Shown one piece after another: positions 11,021-24,603 of a stretch of 64,000 bases of DNA; position 1 is the stretch's first letter; each line of letters begins with the position of its first letter. A program made the position numbers and the translations under genes. The notes under the pieces are model-generated. The model did no database searches. It saw only the letters and a list, made by a program, of their open reading frames with translations, and was not told the DNA's origin. Origin of the DNA: Lophium mytilinum (lineage: Eukaryota); contig MU004188.1 in the NCBI GenBank assembly GCA_010093605.1, positions 1,553,673-1,617,672 on the forward strand, read 5' to 3'.

Positions 11021-14000
11021 GAATTGGTCATGGCGTTTTGGGCAGTATTTGGAAATACCTGTGAAGAGAAGGATCAAGGGCAACGTTTTGTATATACGTC
11101 GTGTTCATCTTGCCAGTCTATATCCAACGATTTCACGTGACTATTATAGTACACTTTAGTCCTTCATGTCGCTCTCAAGCCGAACATCACGTTACGAAAT
11201 CAAGTTCTCATGAAGCTGCTGTAATGAGTCTCGTATATTTGTGTACAATGCCTTGTCATAAATCTACGCACATTCATCTATCACTGCTTGAGGCGCTCCC
11301 GTACGATCATAACATTCCAGAATTGATGTAACAATTAATGCCGCAGATATTGAGCTGCGTCTTTGTCGTAATGATGTCTCCTCGCAGCCGGGGCTACTTC
11401 TTTAACCTGCTCTGGGGACGTTAGTAGGAACGGAATATCGATGTTGTTTGCTTATCCAACGAGAGTATTCATGAAATGTCACCAGCGTGATAGGGTCACG
11501 TGCCCTCGGTACAGATAAGCTAGCTGATGACTAAGCTGAGGCTCTGCTTTCCAGTGAGGTATCAATGAAATTGAAATTAACCTTCATTCGTAGCACTGTT
11601 AGTCAATGAAGACGGAGATTGGTGCTTATATGCAATTGTAACCTTCGCCGACGGCAATTCTATTGCCGAAGAGCACCCTATGCGACCTACGAAAGGAAAA
11701 TTCTCCCCGGGGAACTCTGGTTTCTTGAGACTAGGTCCAAGTTTATCGATTACCACAATGAGGGGGTCACCAGCCCTAACCAGCGATGTAAACAGGTGGT
11801 CCGCACCGCACGCGAACGCGTGGATATTGGTGGCGCTGTGGACATGGCGAACAGAGGCATAACATGGCTGCTTCATTGACAGCCAGCCCGACTTCCACCC
11901 CGGATCGGCATTCCGTCCCTATTCTAGCGTGCGGGTCGGCCCTTGGGTGCTAGTAATTCGTAATTCACGATTCGCCATCCGCAATCGCGGCCACCGATCT
12001 AGCCGCGACGAGACATCGTATTGCCGTCGTCTCCCCGTTTAGTTGATGGCATGAGCCCAGATGCAAGGCCTGGAAACCTGATGCCGCCCAGATGTCCGCG
12101 GAGCTGCAGTAGGCTGCGGGGTCGTACCGTTGAAGAACTGTCAACCGCTCGATGTGCGTCTTATGGCGCGTTCACGCCTCCCTGCTGCATTGTGGTGGCT
12201 GGCTGCTCGTGGTGGTTGCCATCCCGTCCATGATAGTGCTTTTTCTCCCGGCACACCATGCCGCTGCTGCAGGAGTTGAAGCATGCGCCCATCCCCACAC
12301 TTGTCTTCCGCTCGTCCTGGGTGCCGGGCTCGAGCAACACACGCCATGCCCTGCAGCCGGACCCAGTACCTGCTGCTGTGATCTATAGATACAAGTCATG
12401 CTGAAAACGATTGCCCATGCCGACCGCTCGTTTTCGCATGTGCAATTGAAGTCGGCAACGCTCCCAAGGGCAGTCCCACGCCCCGATGCGCACATCAAGC
12501 CCGCTCTATCAATCCCAGCACTGATCTCGAAGCTGTATCGCTCAAACCACGATGTCTCGTCAGTCTTTTCTTCCCAGAGACATACCTGCATTGCCCTACG
12601 CCGCAAACGTGCCGTCTCCACACCCGCGTGAACCATTTCAAGCCACACGCGTGCGATAACACCATTTGCGAGAGCGTCATCTGATTGCTTCAGGCGACTC
12701 ATCGCCGAACGAGGGTGGCAATGTGTAGATCATGGTTCCCAAGCCTGTCTGCTCCCCACTCCCTGCGCGTTTCCACCACTAGTGTGGCCTTCCAGCCATT
12801 CCATGCGGCTCTGCGGTGACCTGTGAGCTTGAATTGCAACACCCGTGGCGAAAGCTTTTGCTCCTTTCGTGCATGGCGGTCTTAGCATTGAGGCCAAGCC
12901 TATGGCTGGTGCGTTTGATGCGATCCAGGTGGTCCTCGAGCTGAAGGCTGCATTGTTAGTGAAGACTGATACGCCACGGACGGGACGGATCGTTTCCGAG
13001 ATTTCTCTTTCTTAAATCCCTCGTGTAAAGTCCTAGAATCCTCTAGAACCTTTAGTAACGCGCAGCACACCTGTTGGGGCTGCTTTAGTTTGTTGGAAGC
13101 AAGCAAGGGGTGATTAAGATATATGTTGACGATTATATCGTGAGGTCGTCTCTGGGTGCGAAAGATAAGCCCTTGTTAAGTAGGAAGTGATGAGTGATCC
13201 AGTGGATCGGCTGTAGGTAGTTCCCTTGTATGTCGAGAATATGCAGTTACCGCGCGGCTGGAAGCGCAGGAGCTGTAGCCCATACGTACACCTGCAGGAG
13301 GCTTGGGGAAAAGTGTGTATCGGATCTCTCCCTTCTGAGATGCCCCGCAGAGAGCCGCAAAGTAGTAGAGTAAATGGCATTCGGTCCCCGGCCTGCTGTT
13401 TTGCGCGCCTTGTGACTTACTCCCCATCCGCAGCACTGCCCGCTGCTGGACTTCATGGAGCCCAATCTGGTTTCCCCGGCTCCTTAACCCACAGCCCAAG
13501 AAGATCAAGAAAGCCTTCAGTCTGCCCCCCGTGGAGCCTGAGCGTCCCACTCTGCTCATGTCTTGGGACCACCGAGTCCGGCGAGGCGAAGCAAGTCTCG
13601 ATGACTAGTACGCCAGTAGCGAAAGCGCACATGGTCCTCCTGGGAAGCGGTGAGAGGCTACCACAAATTCGTGGCACTCCATAGCTCGATCGATATCTAT
13701 AGAATAGTTCCCAGGTTTAATATCCGGTGAAAAGTATCCGTAAGAATCAACCCTGAGGATTTTGGCTCGTTGCTCATTGCTGCAGGTTAAGTTTCGCTGC
13801 AAGATCATGACTAGTGGCTGGTCTCCTGCATAGTCGAACTTTGTGATTCATCAGGCAGAAGCCCTGCAATGTGACAACCTCGATACGCTGCTGCGGATTG
13901 AAGAGATGGTTACGTGCTGACGAGCGTGTCCCAGCACAACATGGGCTAAAGCCGGGCGAGGTCTGCGACGTGTCTCCCGTAGAGTTGATGGCAGCGGACA

Positions 14001-14785
14001 CCGGAACGGCCTGCGTGGACCCCCTGGTATACTGAATGAGAAATAGGCTCGCTGTGGATAGTTCGGGGCTTGTTCGACTCGATGGCCACTGGGAACTGAA
14101 CAGCGGAAAGGAGGGCGCATTGAACATGACAACTCTGTATATCCGCAGACTGTGCTGGCATCTGTACCACCACCGCTGATCGTCTTCGATTTACCATTAC
14201 CTTGCCGCCAGCTTGCCGCTCTTCCTTCGATCTCAACAAGGGTTTGACCACATCGCTGTGATAAAAGTCGCTGAGAGTTTTACTGGATTCTAGTTGTGGT
14301 TTGCATGGTACGGACAAGGGTACAATGGTGAGGCGGTCTGATATCCCTAAACGGAAACAAGTTTGAGAGGAGCCCCCTCTACTCTTGAGGCTTGTCGGTG
14401 GTAGCATCCAGGCATATTTCCTCCTGGAGTCGAAGTCAGTCTTGTTGTCCAACGTAAAGGTTATTGATTACCTTGTCATCGACACACGCCGCTAAAGCTG
14501 CTCGTGCGGACTTCAGCCTTGCTTGCCAACAATCCCACAATCAGACACCGACACCACAGAAGCAGACCTCCTATACTCTCCAAGGACACCTCACCATCGT
14601 CAAAGCCGTGCTAAAGAAGACCTGCTGCGATTCAGTCGACTTAGCATTACCGCCCATCCCCTCACTAGACTCCACGCTCTTTCGCAACACGCCACAGACA
14701 GCAACGAACTCCCCCTTGCCTACCTACGAAGTCAACGGCTACGGCATCGGAACTTCTGCTCTTTTCAAGGTCTTGCACGCCTATC

Positions 14786-16052
14786 ATGCTGAGATACCCA
14801 GCTACTCGTCATCCCACTCGCCAAAAGCAGGTCCTGGTAGAACGGTCGTCTGTAAACATCGGCGGTGGTAACTCAACAGACCAAGCGGCAGCCTCCATAG
14901 TAGCTTGGACATCGACTGTAAACATGCACGTAAACCACGAAGACTATGGCGAGGAGATGCCCTACCACAGCAGGATGAATTCCAGCACAAGGCACCAGTC
15001 ATCATGGCCACCCCAACTCCTTCCAAACCCTCGCGCAGGCTATCTTGCACCTCCCCAGACGATGAACGCCCATGGCCGGGAACATCCTGAAAGAAATTGC
15101 CTACCTTTTGGCAACAATGTGCAGGGAAACAGTCCCGTTGGGTACGTGTTCAACGTAAGAAGTGGAGAGCCCTCAAGCACAGACGCATGGTCGAGCCCAG
15201 CGACCAACAGCAATGGTCCAGTGTGGTCTCCTCATGGACCACAGGATCCTTACTTTGGACAACAAGTGGTCAGCCCAGGCCCAGAGCCACCCCAGTCACT
15301 GTCACTGTCTCGAAGTCCCAGTGACAGATCCTGGAACCACGATAGCAATCGCCGCAAATATGAAGGACCTTTCCGTTCCATATCTGATGAAACTCTCAAG
15401 CAGCATGGCATGTATTATCATGGGCAGGCGAACGAAATGTTTCCGAACCAGGGCTGCACATCTCCACGAGTTCAGTCCTATAATTCTCCTCGTGACCCTG
15501 ACCAGAGTTCGATATTGGTATCCCCTGGATTTGACAATGGCATATCGCAGCTGCAGCAGACCGTATCAATGAACGCTTCCATAATGGATGAATGGAGATC
15601 TGGAAATCAGCCGGGCCAAATTGTCTCCCAGTACTCGTCGCAGTAAGTAACCTTATATTTCAATGGGAAAGACTAGGCTGATTTGATTTGTTAGTGATCA
15701 GCATGAAGCGCCTGGATATAACGGCAAGTCAATGCAAAGTATGCAAACGCCCATACCGATGAGCCCGGGACCTTCTCCAGGAGGCGGCTCGTCGGAACTG
15801 TCTTCTCCGCAGTCTCCCGTGTTGCGTTGTGGGTACCCGCATTGCAAACAGACATTCAAAGGGGACTCAAGAGCTGGGAATCGAAAGAGACATATGAAAT
15901 CCGCCCATCGGGATCAGATCGGTCAAGTCCTCTCGTGCTCAGAGCCCCGGTGTACTAAGAAGTTCAAAAGAAGTGACTCGAGGCTCAAACATGAGCGGAA
16001 GAAGCATCCTGAGCTCCAGCGACTGCCACCAAGGAAGAGAGCGGAGGCCTAA
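14786..16052 (+). CDS. C2H2 zinc-finger transcription factor (start may be 14924)
   Basis: Intron 15643-15694 joins a low-complexity S/P/Q-rich exon to two fingers: CGYPHC..F......RKRHMKSAH and CSEPRC..F.RSD.RLKHERKKH. Confidence 0.85.
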
Positions 16053-17828
16053 TTTCACGTTCCGCTGAGCCTGAAGGACTCCGCTAGGGGTACTTTTCCA
16101 GTCACTACAGGAGCTTCATTGTGCCGATGTCTATCCAAAACACGTTATGCTCGGTATTGTCCAGCTGCGTTGAGCAATTGTGGCGGCCAAAGGCGGAAGG
16201 TTTCGGAGGAGGAACAGGTCGGCCTTCGCCGCTTTTGCGGTCCTTGAGCGGGATATGAAGGCGGTGACCAACGAGCACGTACACGCGGCCAAGCTGCGAG
16301 ATGGCATGTCTGTCGCTAGGAATACGGTGAAGGTCATCAAGTGATGCGGTGCGTTCAACTGGACTCGAGGTGAATTTGAGGGTTAGGATCTTTCCTATGT
16401 CTTTGTAAGTTGGTAACGGCCTTGTGACGACTCATGGTACTTATTAACGACAGTAGCTACACTGTGGAAGAGGTGGTCTATCGTATATGGCCTTGTATGA
16501 GAGTGAATAAGGGGTGGTATGTCGTTGGCGAAAGTGTATCGTGATTGGACCCTGAACTTTGTATCGCTGGGGAAGGAAGCCGATCCGAGCTTAGTGCTCG
16601 AACTGGCAAGGTCAAGCTTTACTTGTGAAAGGCACCTGGAATGATTCCAACTATCATCTGTTTTCCTTCGTAGACTATAAATTTCCTTGAACGCATCTCC
16701 GCTTCTTCCTTCAATGCGAATTTGGGATCATCAATCCTTGGAACCGATACATCATAACCCCACAGAGTGCTAGTGCCCAGTGCCCAACCATCCAAAGCCC
16801 TCCTCATGCAGTCATATGCCCGACAGCACCCAACTGGAGGAAAGGTGCGTTCACGTAGCGGAAAACAGCAGCCGGATATCTAGACGAGCCTACTTTTGGG
16901 CATTCGTGAAGGACTCTTGGGCATGCAGGCATGACGTGGCGCGCCTTTGGTCCTCCAGTCGTCAAGAACACTTGCAAACTGTCACACGCCACAAGGATCA
17001 CAGGAAGCCATGGCGAACTCCCGCAATCATATTCTCTCTAATGCAGGATCCTCATCAAGTTTCAAATCCTTCCAGACCATGGTTGCCGAAACATGTGATG
17101 CTTGACAGGCTACCATGAGGCCAAAGAGTCAGCCCATTTCTTTCCTTCAAGAACGTTTACAGAATCGGCATTCTCTCCGAGACCCGCACCTTCATTGAGC
17201 TACGCATTCAATGCTGTAAACGACTTCTGTAATTATGAACTGTTAAAACTAGCATGCAACATCCAGTCTATCCACTTCAGCGGAGGTCAGTAAATCTATG
17301 ACCATATCCACATGGTAATCAACAGACCTCAAATCATATAATCAGCAGATCCTCCCCTAACGCACAGGCAAGTTCTACGATTAGCATGGCTCAACCTCAA
17401 ACTACAGCAGAAGTCTAATCAAATTGAAGGTCATATCCATCCAACGATCTATCGAAACATATGGTGTTTGAAGCTACACAAGTGATCTTCAGGACGTCCG
17501 AGGGTAAAACCAGTTCCTTTCCCTCAAAGCGATTCTCAGACAGTCAGCATTTCGAGGACACGTCCCTTCATCAAGCTACACCTTGAATGCTATTGATCAT
17601 TGCTCCATTCATGACATGTCACATAAAGTATGCGTCGCCCGGAGGTCGCAAAAGCAATATATATCCATAACAAAGCCACATGATAGCCAGCAAACCGTGA
17701 CCACTACTTCCGTCAATGCACACGACCGTGCGTAGTCCCTCAGGTGAAAAAGGAAACAGACTCGCCCAGTCGCCTTACTTAGGGCACAGATATGCTCTCG
17801 GCTGAAATACATAGTCAATAAGCATTCC

Positions 17829-19161
17829 TTAACGCACGGGCAAGTTCTGTGACGCCGTCCCACGGTGCAGATTCGCGGCTGCAGTCCGACGCAATCCACC
17901 ACTCAGTCGGCTGCTTGACTTCAACCCGTTACTGAACCTGTAGCCGCTCGGCCCACCACCATTCGAGTTGAGATCGTGAAGCGGCTGTGAGTTCATCGCA
18001 TTGCCAAATTGCTGGCTGGATTCACCGCCCAGGAAAGAATTGTTGCGAACACCACTATGAGCGACTGGCAGACGGCTTCTGTGCTGAGAGGGAGTTGCCG
18101 AGATATGTGCGGATTCTGTTTTGAGGGTTGAGTAAGTACCACATAATGTATCAAAGAACGGCCGTGACCTACGGGCAGTCCAATTCCTGGAGCCTGGTGC
18201 TTGGTTGGTCCAAGTTGGAGGACCCATGACATTGATTGTCTCTCGCCCCTGCCCTCCCCTACTTCCCGAGCTGACGCTTTCCTGATGACGGTGCTGATTC
18301 GGTCCGCCTTGCTGATCAAGCGTGAATTGCTGGAACTGATGCTGGAGACCAGTGCGAGTGCCAGGTATTCTATCAACGAAGCGATCGCGCCTGGAGGTGT
18401 GGATGGTGTGCTCAGCTTCGTCTGTAGCGGCGGTTGCTACATGAGAGGCCATGACCTGAGCCTTGAGAGACTGATACAGCTTCTGGATCTGCTGCTGGGT
18501 CTTGCTCTTTTCACGAAATGCTTCGACAAGCTCATGGTTCTTCTGCTCGAGAGTCTTCTGCTCGGTCTGCGCAGCTAACTGAAGGTCAGCCTGGCTCAGA
18601 GATGCCTTTCATCGGGGTCCTAACCTTGGAGTTTGTCTTGCAATGTCTTGATCTCGGAATTGGCTTCGAGAATAAGCTTGTCCATCTGCTGACTCAAGTT
18701 GCCATAGTTTTCTGTCAAGGTCTTTGCGAGATATTCTTGATATACGCTAGTGATATCAGCGAAGGAGGCCACGTTCGCAATGGGCTACTTACATTTCTTG
18801 TGATGTCTGGTAGCTATAGAAAGCTAGCCCTCTGCTGGCGCACTCCATGATGATGTTTGGGCTTAACCCGCTGAGAATGCTAGTCTTGTAATCTTCCGTG
18901 GGATTGAGTTGAGCGACGACTGCATCGTCTGGGTTGCTCAGCTGAGTAGAACATGCGGGACAAGTCCTGGCAATGCCTGCGGAGCTCGAGAGCCCCAGAC
19001 TGTCCGAGCAATGGATGCAGAAGACATGACTGACACGTGGTCAGAAATGCAGATGGATGAGCGTAGCCTAAGATGAGTGCTAACCTGCAGGTAGTGACGA
19101 CGGCGCGGTCATTGAGCTGGCTACGGCATTTCAAAGAGTTGCACCTGAGCGTGTAATCCAT
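17829..19161 (-). CDS. HEI10: Meiotic RING E3 ligase HEI10/CCNB1IP1 homolog
   Basis: Spliced product MDYTLRCNSLKCRSQLNDRAVVTTC/SHVFCIHC...TCPAC...LNPTEDYKTSILSGLSPNIIMECASRGLAFYSYQ, followed by a coiled coil and a disordered tail; 3-4 introns. Confidence 0.9.
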
Positions 19162-19380
19162 CGCGCCCGGCCAGGGCACGCGATGAAGGCGGGAGTGGTA
19201 AGTCGAGGGTGAGGTTTCTTCAGATGAAGCATCTCGGAAGAGCGTAGCTTCCTGTTGCGGACTCGCACAATTCCCACTCGGCTGGCGATGCCACGAAATC
19301 TTGCTACACCTATGTTTACAGTATTTACAGCACTACTAGTACAGTTCACGCCTTGATTCTTTTCTTTCACTGCGCACAAC

Positions 19381-20297
19381 TCACCGGAACCACCAATTGA
19401 CCTACATCGAGTCCAAACCGTTAGCAAATACGCTCTACGCCCGCACTCCATCGTCATCTTTACACTCACCGATCCTGAGATGCCGTCTCCAAAGCTTCTC
19501 ACGCTATGCCACCAGCCCTTAGGGATAAAAAGGCCGTCTCCGCTGCCCAATATAGCCTCCCAGCCCTTGGTCTCTCCATTCTCTCCCCAAACTGCATCTT
19601 CTAGCCGCTCCATCTCCTGGCCCTCCATCATTTCTTGGCCCCTTATATTTGCATGCCCATTCGCCGATCTCGATCGCTCGTAGACAGCCCTCCCTATCTC
19701 AGGCTCCAGGAGTCTAACCACCTTCTGCCCAGCCAATTGCACGAATATGTTCGGATTTGGATCCCGGTGCAAGGGAGTGCGCGTAGGTGGACGCCCGAGC
19801 CACAAGCTATTCGCATATAGATCTCCTTTCCCAACTTTCAGAATAACATCCGGCGTCGGGAGATCGGCTTGGAGCGGCAGGGGCAGCGAGTCGAGCGAGC
19901 ACTGGGCGAGGTAGAGGTTGCCCGGCGAGGCATGTGGGGAGGAGCTAGCTGCTAGAAACACTGAGAGAGGTGCTTCGAACCGCTGGAATGTCTGTGAGTG
20001 ATACTCAGCATCGTCGGGAATGGAATCCGACAATGGATGCGTTGCGCGCGTCAGCTCCAATGGGACAATTACGGAGCCATGGGGCTCTAGGTAGGCAGCG
20101 TTGAGCTGGTGAAATCCGGGCTTGGAAGGATAGGGGTTAAACCATCTAGAGATAGCAGGAATATGGCGGAATTGGTTTCGCAGGAGAGCTGGGACGCCGA
20201 GGTTGAAGTGGCTGGTACGGAAGCTTTCAATGTTGAGAATGTCCAGGATATCCACAGGTCGGAAACGCGAGATTCGAGGATTAAGGCGAGCAGGCAT
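19381..20297 (-). CDS. JmjC/cupin 2-oxoglutarate-Fe(II) dioxygenase (JMJD5-like)
   Basis: LYLAQ, LWLG...TPLHRDPNPNIFVQLAGQKVVRL, GDGLFIPKGWWHSV. Intron 19402-19469 yields the terminal SVNWWFR. Confidence 0.88.
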
Positions 20298-20529
20298 TGA
20301 TAGCAGCAAAAGGGTGTGAGCCCTAGGCGATGTGGTGTTTACATCTCGAAGACAGTGAGGTTCGTAGATTGAGTCGCGATGCGGTAGTGCGGTGAAATCT
20401 CGCAGGTCTTCCGACGCGACCCCTCCACCCTCAAGAATTGTTAATGTGCTACTGTGGGCAACACCTGAACTTCTTCCTCCTCAAACAGTCAGGTCTGCCT
20501 TAGCTGAACCAGGCTCATAGTCAGCTATA

Positions 20530-21089
20530 ATGTCTCAAGGCCAGCAAAGTACCTCTCCCCGAATAACCTCATGCGATTCTAGCTAACCGTGACCAGTCGA
20601 ACTCACGAGCCTCAGCGTCCAACAGCTCAGCCAACTAAAAAAGCAGCTCGACAGCGAACTCGAGCACCTCACCAGCTCCTTCCAATCGCTGCGCACCACA
20701 CAAGCCAAATTCCGAGATTGCCTCAAGTCAATATCTATAGGATTGAACCCCAAGACCGCCGGTATACTCAACCCAGCTCCCAGGCACACCACCAGACTAA
20801 CGCAGCATAAACAGACAAGCCGCTCCTCGTCCCCTTAACGTCCTCCCTCTACGTCCCTGGCACGCTGGCCAGCAGCACACATGTTCTCGTCGATGTCGGG
20901 ACTGGCTTTTTCATCGAGAAGTCGACGACCGATGCGACTGACTTTTATACCCGGAAAGTAGCAGATCTTGAGGGCAGTCTGAAGGAACTGGAGCAGATTT
21001 TGCAGAGCAAAGCGCAGAATGTTAGGGTCGTGGAGGAAGTGTTGCGGACAAAGGTCACCACCGGCCCGCAATCCCAGGAAGCGCGGTAG
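20530..21089 (+). CDS. GIM5: Prefoldin subunit 5 (alpha type)
   Basis: Not in the ORF track. Three exons give MSQGQQ/IELTSLSVQQLSQLKKQLDSELEHLTSSFQSLR...KPLLVPLTSSLYVPGTL...VLVDVGTGFFIEKS. Confidence 0.93.
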
Positions 21090-21473
21090 GACTATTGGAT
21101 GGATGGGGCAGACAATGGTATAATCAGCGAAAAATTACACGTGGAGCGGCCTGCGGCTCTCTACTGTAGCATCTCAAGTCTCTGGGACCTGTTGTGTTCC
21201 GTATGCGACCTAGCTGTGTCTAATCGCGGATTGGGCATCATAAACTAGCCACGATCGCACCACAAGGATGGTTCTCCAGAAATGTTCGTAGGGTAATGTA
21301 AAATTAGATTGGACATTGAATGAAACACAACAGACCCCTTGTTGCATTTCTTTGTTGTCCAAACGTATGCTTTAAATGGTAATAAACATAAATGCAATCA
21401 TATATACATCAAGTCGCCGAAGCACCTAGGTATGCTTCTTTGAACACCCCAGAGCTACATCACCATAGCTCTC

Positions 21474-23491
21474 TCATAGCTTTGCATCCGCTCCACCCAT
21501 CGACTTGCCCGTGAACGACCCAAAGAAGGCGTTCAAAGCATCCACGGTGCCGGTCCCTTGTTCCAGCTTCACCACGCAACCAACATAGCCATCTGGCCGC
21601 ACTACCACCACGCCGCCTTTCTCTTCATCCAGCCCTATCTTCGCATGCGCTGCCGCTTTCGCCTCCGGTACCCGCGCGTCCCACACGTCATCCGCGTACA
21701 CGTGGTCTCTATACCTGCTCAGTACTGGCGGAAGCAGTTCGTCGATCTCGATCTCATCGCGGGGCAAAGCCACCACAGTCGCAAGCGTCAGGAACGGCGT
21801 ATGCGGGTTGTGGCGCTCATGGTAGCGATCAGCTTCCTCGTCCTCGTGCAGGTATGTTGAGAAGAATGAGCGCGGAGCAGTCATGTAGGTTGCGAAGTCC
21901 TTGAGCGCTCCCGAAGAGACCGCCGGAGTGCCCGCAAAGATGTACAGACGGAAGGAGCCGTTGTAAGGAATCTCTTGCTCGAGATGGACGACGTTTGCGT
22001 CCACGACGCGGGTGACAGTGGCAGGCGTGAGGATGCGGCCGGTGCGAAGGTGTGTGCCCTTCTGGTAAGATAGGAAGAGCGGCGACTGCGCTGGGTGTGC
22101 GGGTGACCAGTTGTAGATATTGGCGTCGTAAGCGACACCGTAGCCACTGGTGAACTCGCAGCTTGCTTTGAACGTCTTGATGAACTCGTTCTCTTCCGGT
22201 TCGTGTTGCGAGGCGGCCTGGGCGGCGGCTTGAGTGTTTGCACTGCCGACTTCGCCCGCGGAAGGAATGCGGGCAGAGAAGAGCTTTGCATAGCGTGCGT
22301 CAAAGTTAAGGAGGTTTTCAGCGATGAGCTTACGCTCAGATTCGTATGTGTTGAGGATGGAGCGAGAAGCGAAGCCTGACTCGACGTGGTGGATTTTCCA
22401 TGCAAGGTTAACAGCGTCGAGGAAAGCAGTGTTCATGCCTTGGCCGGCTTTAGGCTACATTGATGTTAGTCAAAAGCAATTCTAGGGACAAAGTTGGGTA
22501 ATATGAGAAACATCTTACGCTATGAGTATGGCAGGCATCTCCGCCCATGAACACTCTTTCGTCCAGTGTGTAACGCTCGGCAATTCCTTGTCCGATTGGG
22601 TAGGCTGAATACCATTCCACACGGTCCCATTCTATGGAGTAGGGTTTTAAGATTTTCTTTGCGTGTGACTGCACCTCTTCTTGTGTGGCTGTTTTCCGTG
22701 GGTTCCAATCCTTGTCTGTCGAGGAGGCAAGTTGTATGTACAGCCTTACCATGTTGTTCTCTCGAGGGATCACCATAATGGATCCTGCGTCGGAGTGGAT
22801 GGTGCATTTCATCTAATTTCCGTCAGTCTGGAACAGTCCCTTACTGGTGGAAACTTACCTTGATATCGGGAAAGTCTGTTCGCACGACACCATCCATGAC
22901 ACCCCAAACATGGGCAATAGGATCTTTGTGATGTATTTGAACTCCGAGTTGATCCCGAACGAAGGATCTTGCTCCCTCTCCGCTGAACAGGTATTTTGCC
23001 CTGACGGTTTCTTTTAACGTTCCATCCACATGCGCTATATTTACTTCCACGGGGTACACGGGGTCTTTCCCATCGTTCTTGAATCCAGTAATCGTCCATG
23101 GCCGTTGTATTTGTCCCCCGTGCTTTTCGATGTCCTCGATGAAAACACGCTCAATGAGTCCTTGGTGCAGCAAAGTTGTAAACGGGTACCTGGCGTCGAT
23201 GAATTTGGGACAACTGGCCCAGGTGCCTGTGCGATGGATTCCTTTCGCTGCAGGGTCCCAAAACGCAACCTCGTAAACTTTGGCTGGATCATGAGCCATG
23301 ATCTGTCGCTTTAGTCCCATGTTTCGAAGCAGATCGAGTGACCGAGGTTGGATGCCATCTGCACGACCTGTTGCCGTTGGTTCGGGTCGATTGTCGATGT
23401 GCTTTATCTTGTAGCCCCATCTAGCCAGGGACGTTGAAAGGGTCAAGCCCACGGGACCTGCCCCTATTATCACAATATCGTAGTTCTCCAT
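21474..23491 (-). CDS. FAD-dependent phenol 2-monooxygenase family protein
   Basis: [58 protein letters not shown], and C-terminal [10 protein letters not shown]. Introns 22813-22858 and 22455-22518. Confidence 0.93.
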
Positions 23492-24603
23492 GGCGGGTCT
23501 TGTGAGTGCTTTCAAGGGAATCGAAGGAATCTCATGCAAAATTATAAGAATCTATGAGGACCAGAAATGTAGGGAAAGAGCGAGCTGAAATGTAGTAGAT
23601 CAACGACTGCGATGCGACGACTTATAAACAATGCATTGTAAGACTGAGATGGCGCTGTAGGTAGAATAGGGTTTCGCTCATTTTGTTAGCTGCCAATTAC
23701 ATCACATTGTTCAGATTTACCAGGGAGTAAACTCGGATCTTGACGGCCTACTGCTGCCAAAGTCCCTGCCTGGGGCCCCGCGTCCGTTGCCGACATCGTG
23801 CCCGTATATTCTATGATGCGGGGAGAGGGCACCAGAATGGAACGGCTGGCGAAGTCGGTAAGTGTGAGCAGGTGGTCGTCGAAATGGGCCGCTACGGATT
23901 ACCCGCTAGTCGCCTATCGAACGAATTATATCGAGGACAAAACATGCTAGCGACAGTCATCCCTTCAAGTCTTTTCTCGTACGTCCGGAAATCACGGCTG
24001 GTCGGAACATATCAAAAAATTTCGGAACAACAGCCTCTTATGTAGAGTACTTCGTAGTGGACGAAGGCCCTGAAAGTCTGGTTCTCTGCCCTTTCAAATA
24101 GAATAGTCTCCGTCTTACGACACCTTAAGTGAAGGGCCGAGCTTCCAGATTGTCTCCCTCTAGTGGCTAAACCGGTCGGCAGACGCCGTCACCAGCGTCA
24201 AGGACCGTCTTCCATTGCTTCGGCTGTAGTTTTCTGTACACGTGCAGCGTTCGAGTCGCGGCACGGTTAGTCCCAAGCTAGGCGCCTTCCGCGTGCTTCG
24301 GCCGACAACCGTCGTGGATCGTCATTGCTGTCTTTCTCTGCATATCCATTTGTATGCCCATCTTAGCACGCTAACCACACTTCAGCTCGGCAGTCGTGGA
24401 TTGATACACTGAAGTGTGGAAGGTCATGACAGCTTACTAGGGCAGGCGCATGTATGCGTGGGGAGCTTTCTGTCTACGACACCACAGATTTCTTTACTTC
24501 TATCAAACGTCTTGCTTTCGAACAACAGCCTAGCTTCTTTCAAGCTCTCAGCTCCCCCTAGGTTTAATTCAACTTTTACTTCAGCTTCCGTTGCAAGAAG
24601 ACC

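Noticed and set aside
11774..11781. CCCTAACC as a possible telomerase RNA template
   Set aside because: An 8-mer is expected by chance in 64 kb, and no supporting structure was identified.
16160..16250. GC-rich imperfect hairpin downstream of the C2H2 gene
   Set aside because: Pairing is imperfect and there are no hallmarks of a known ncRNA.
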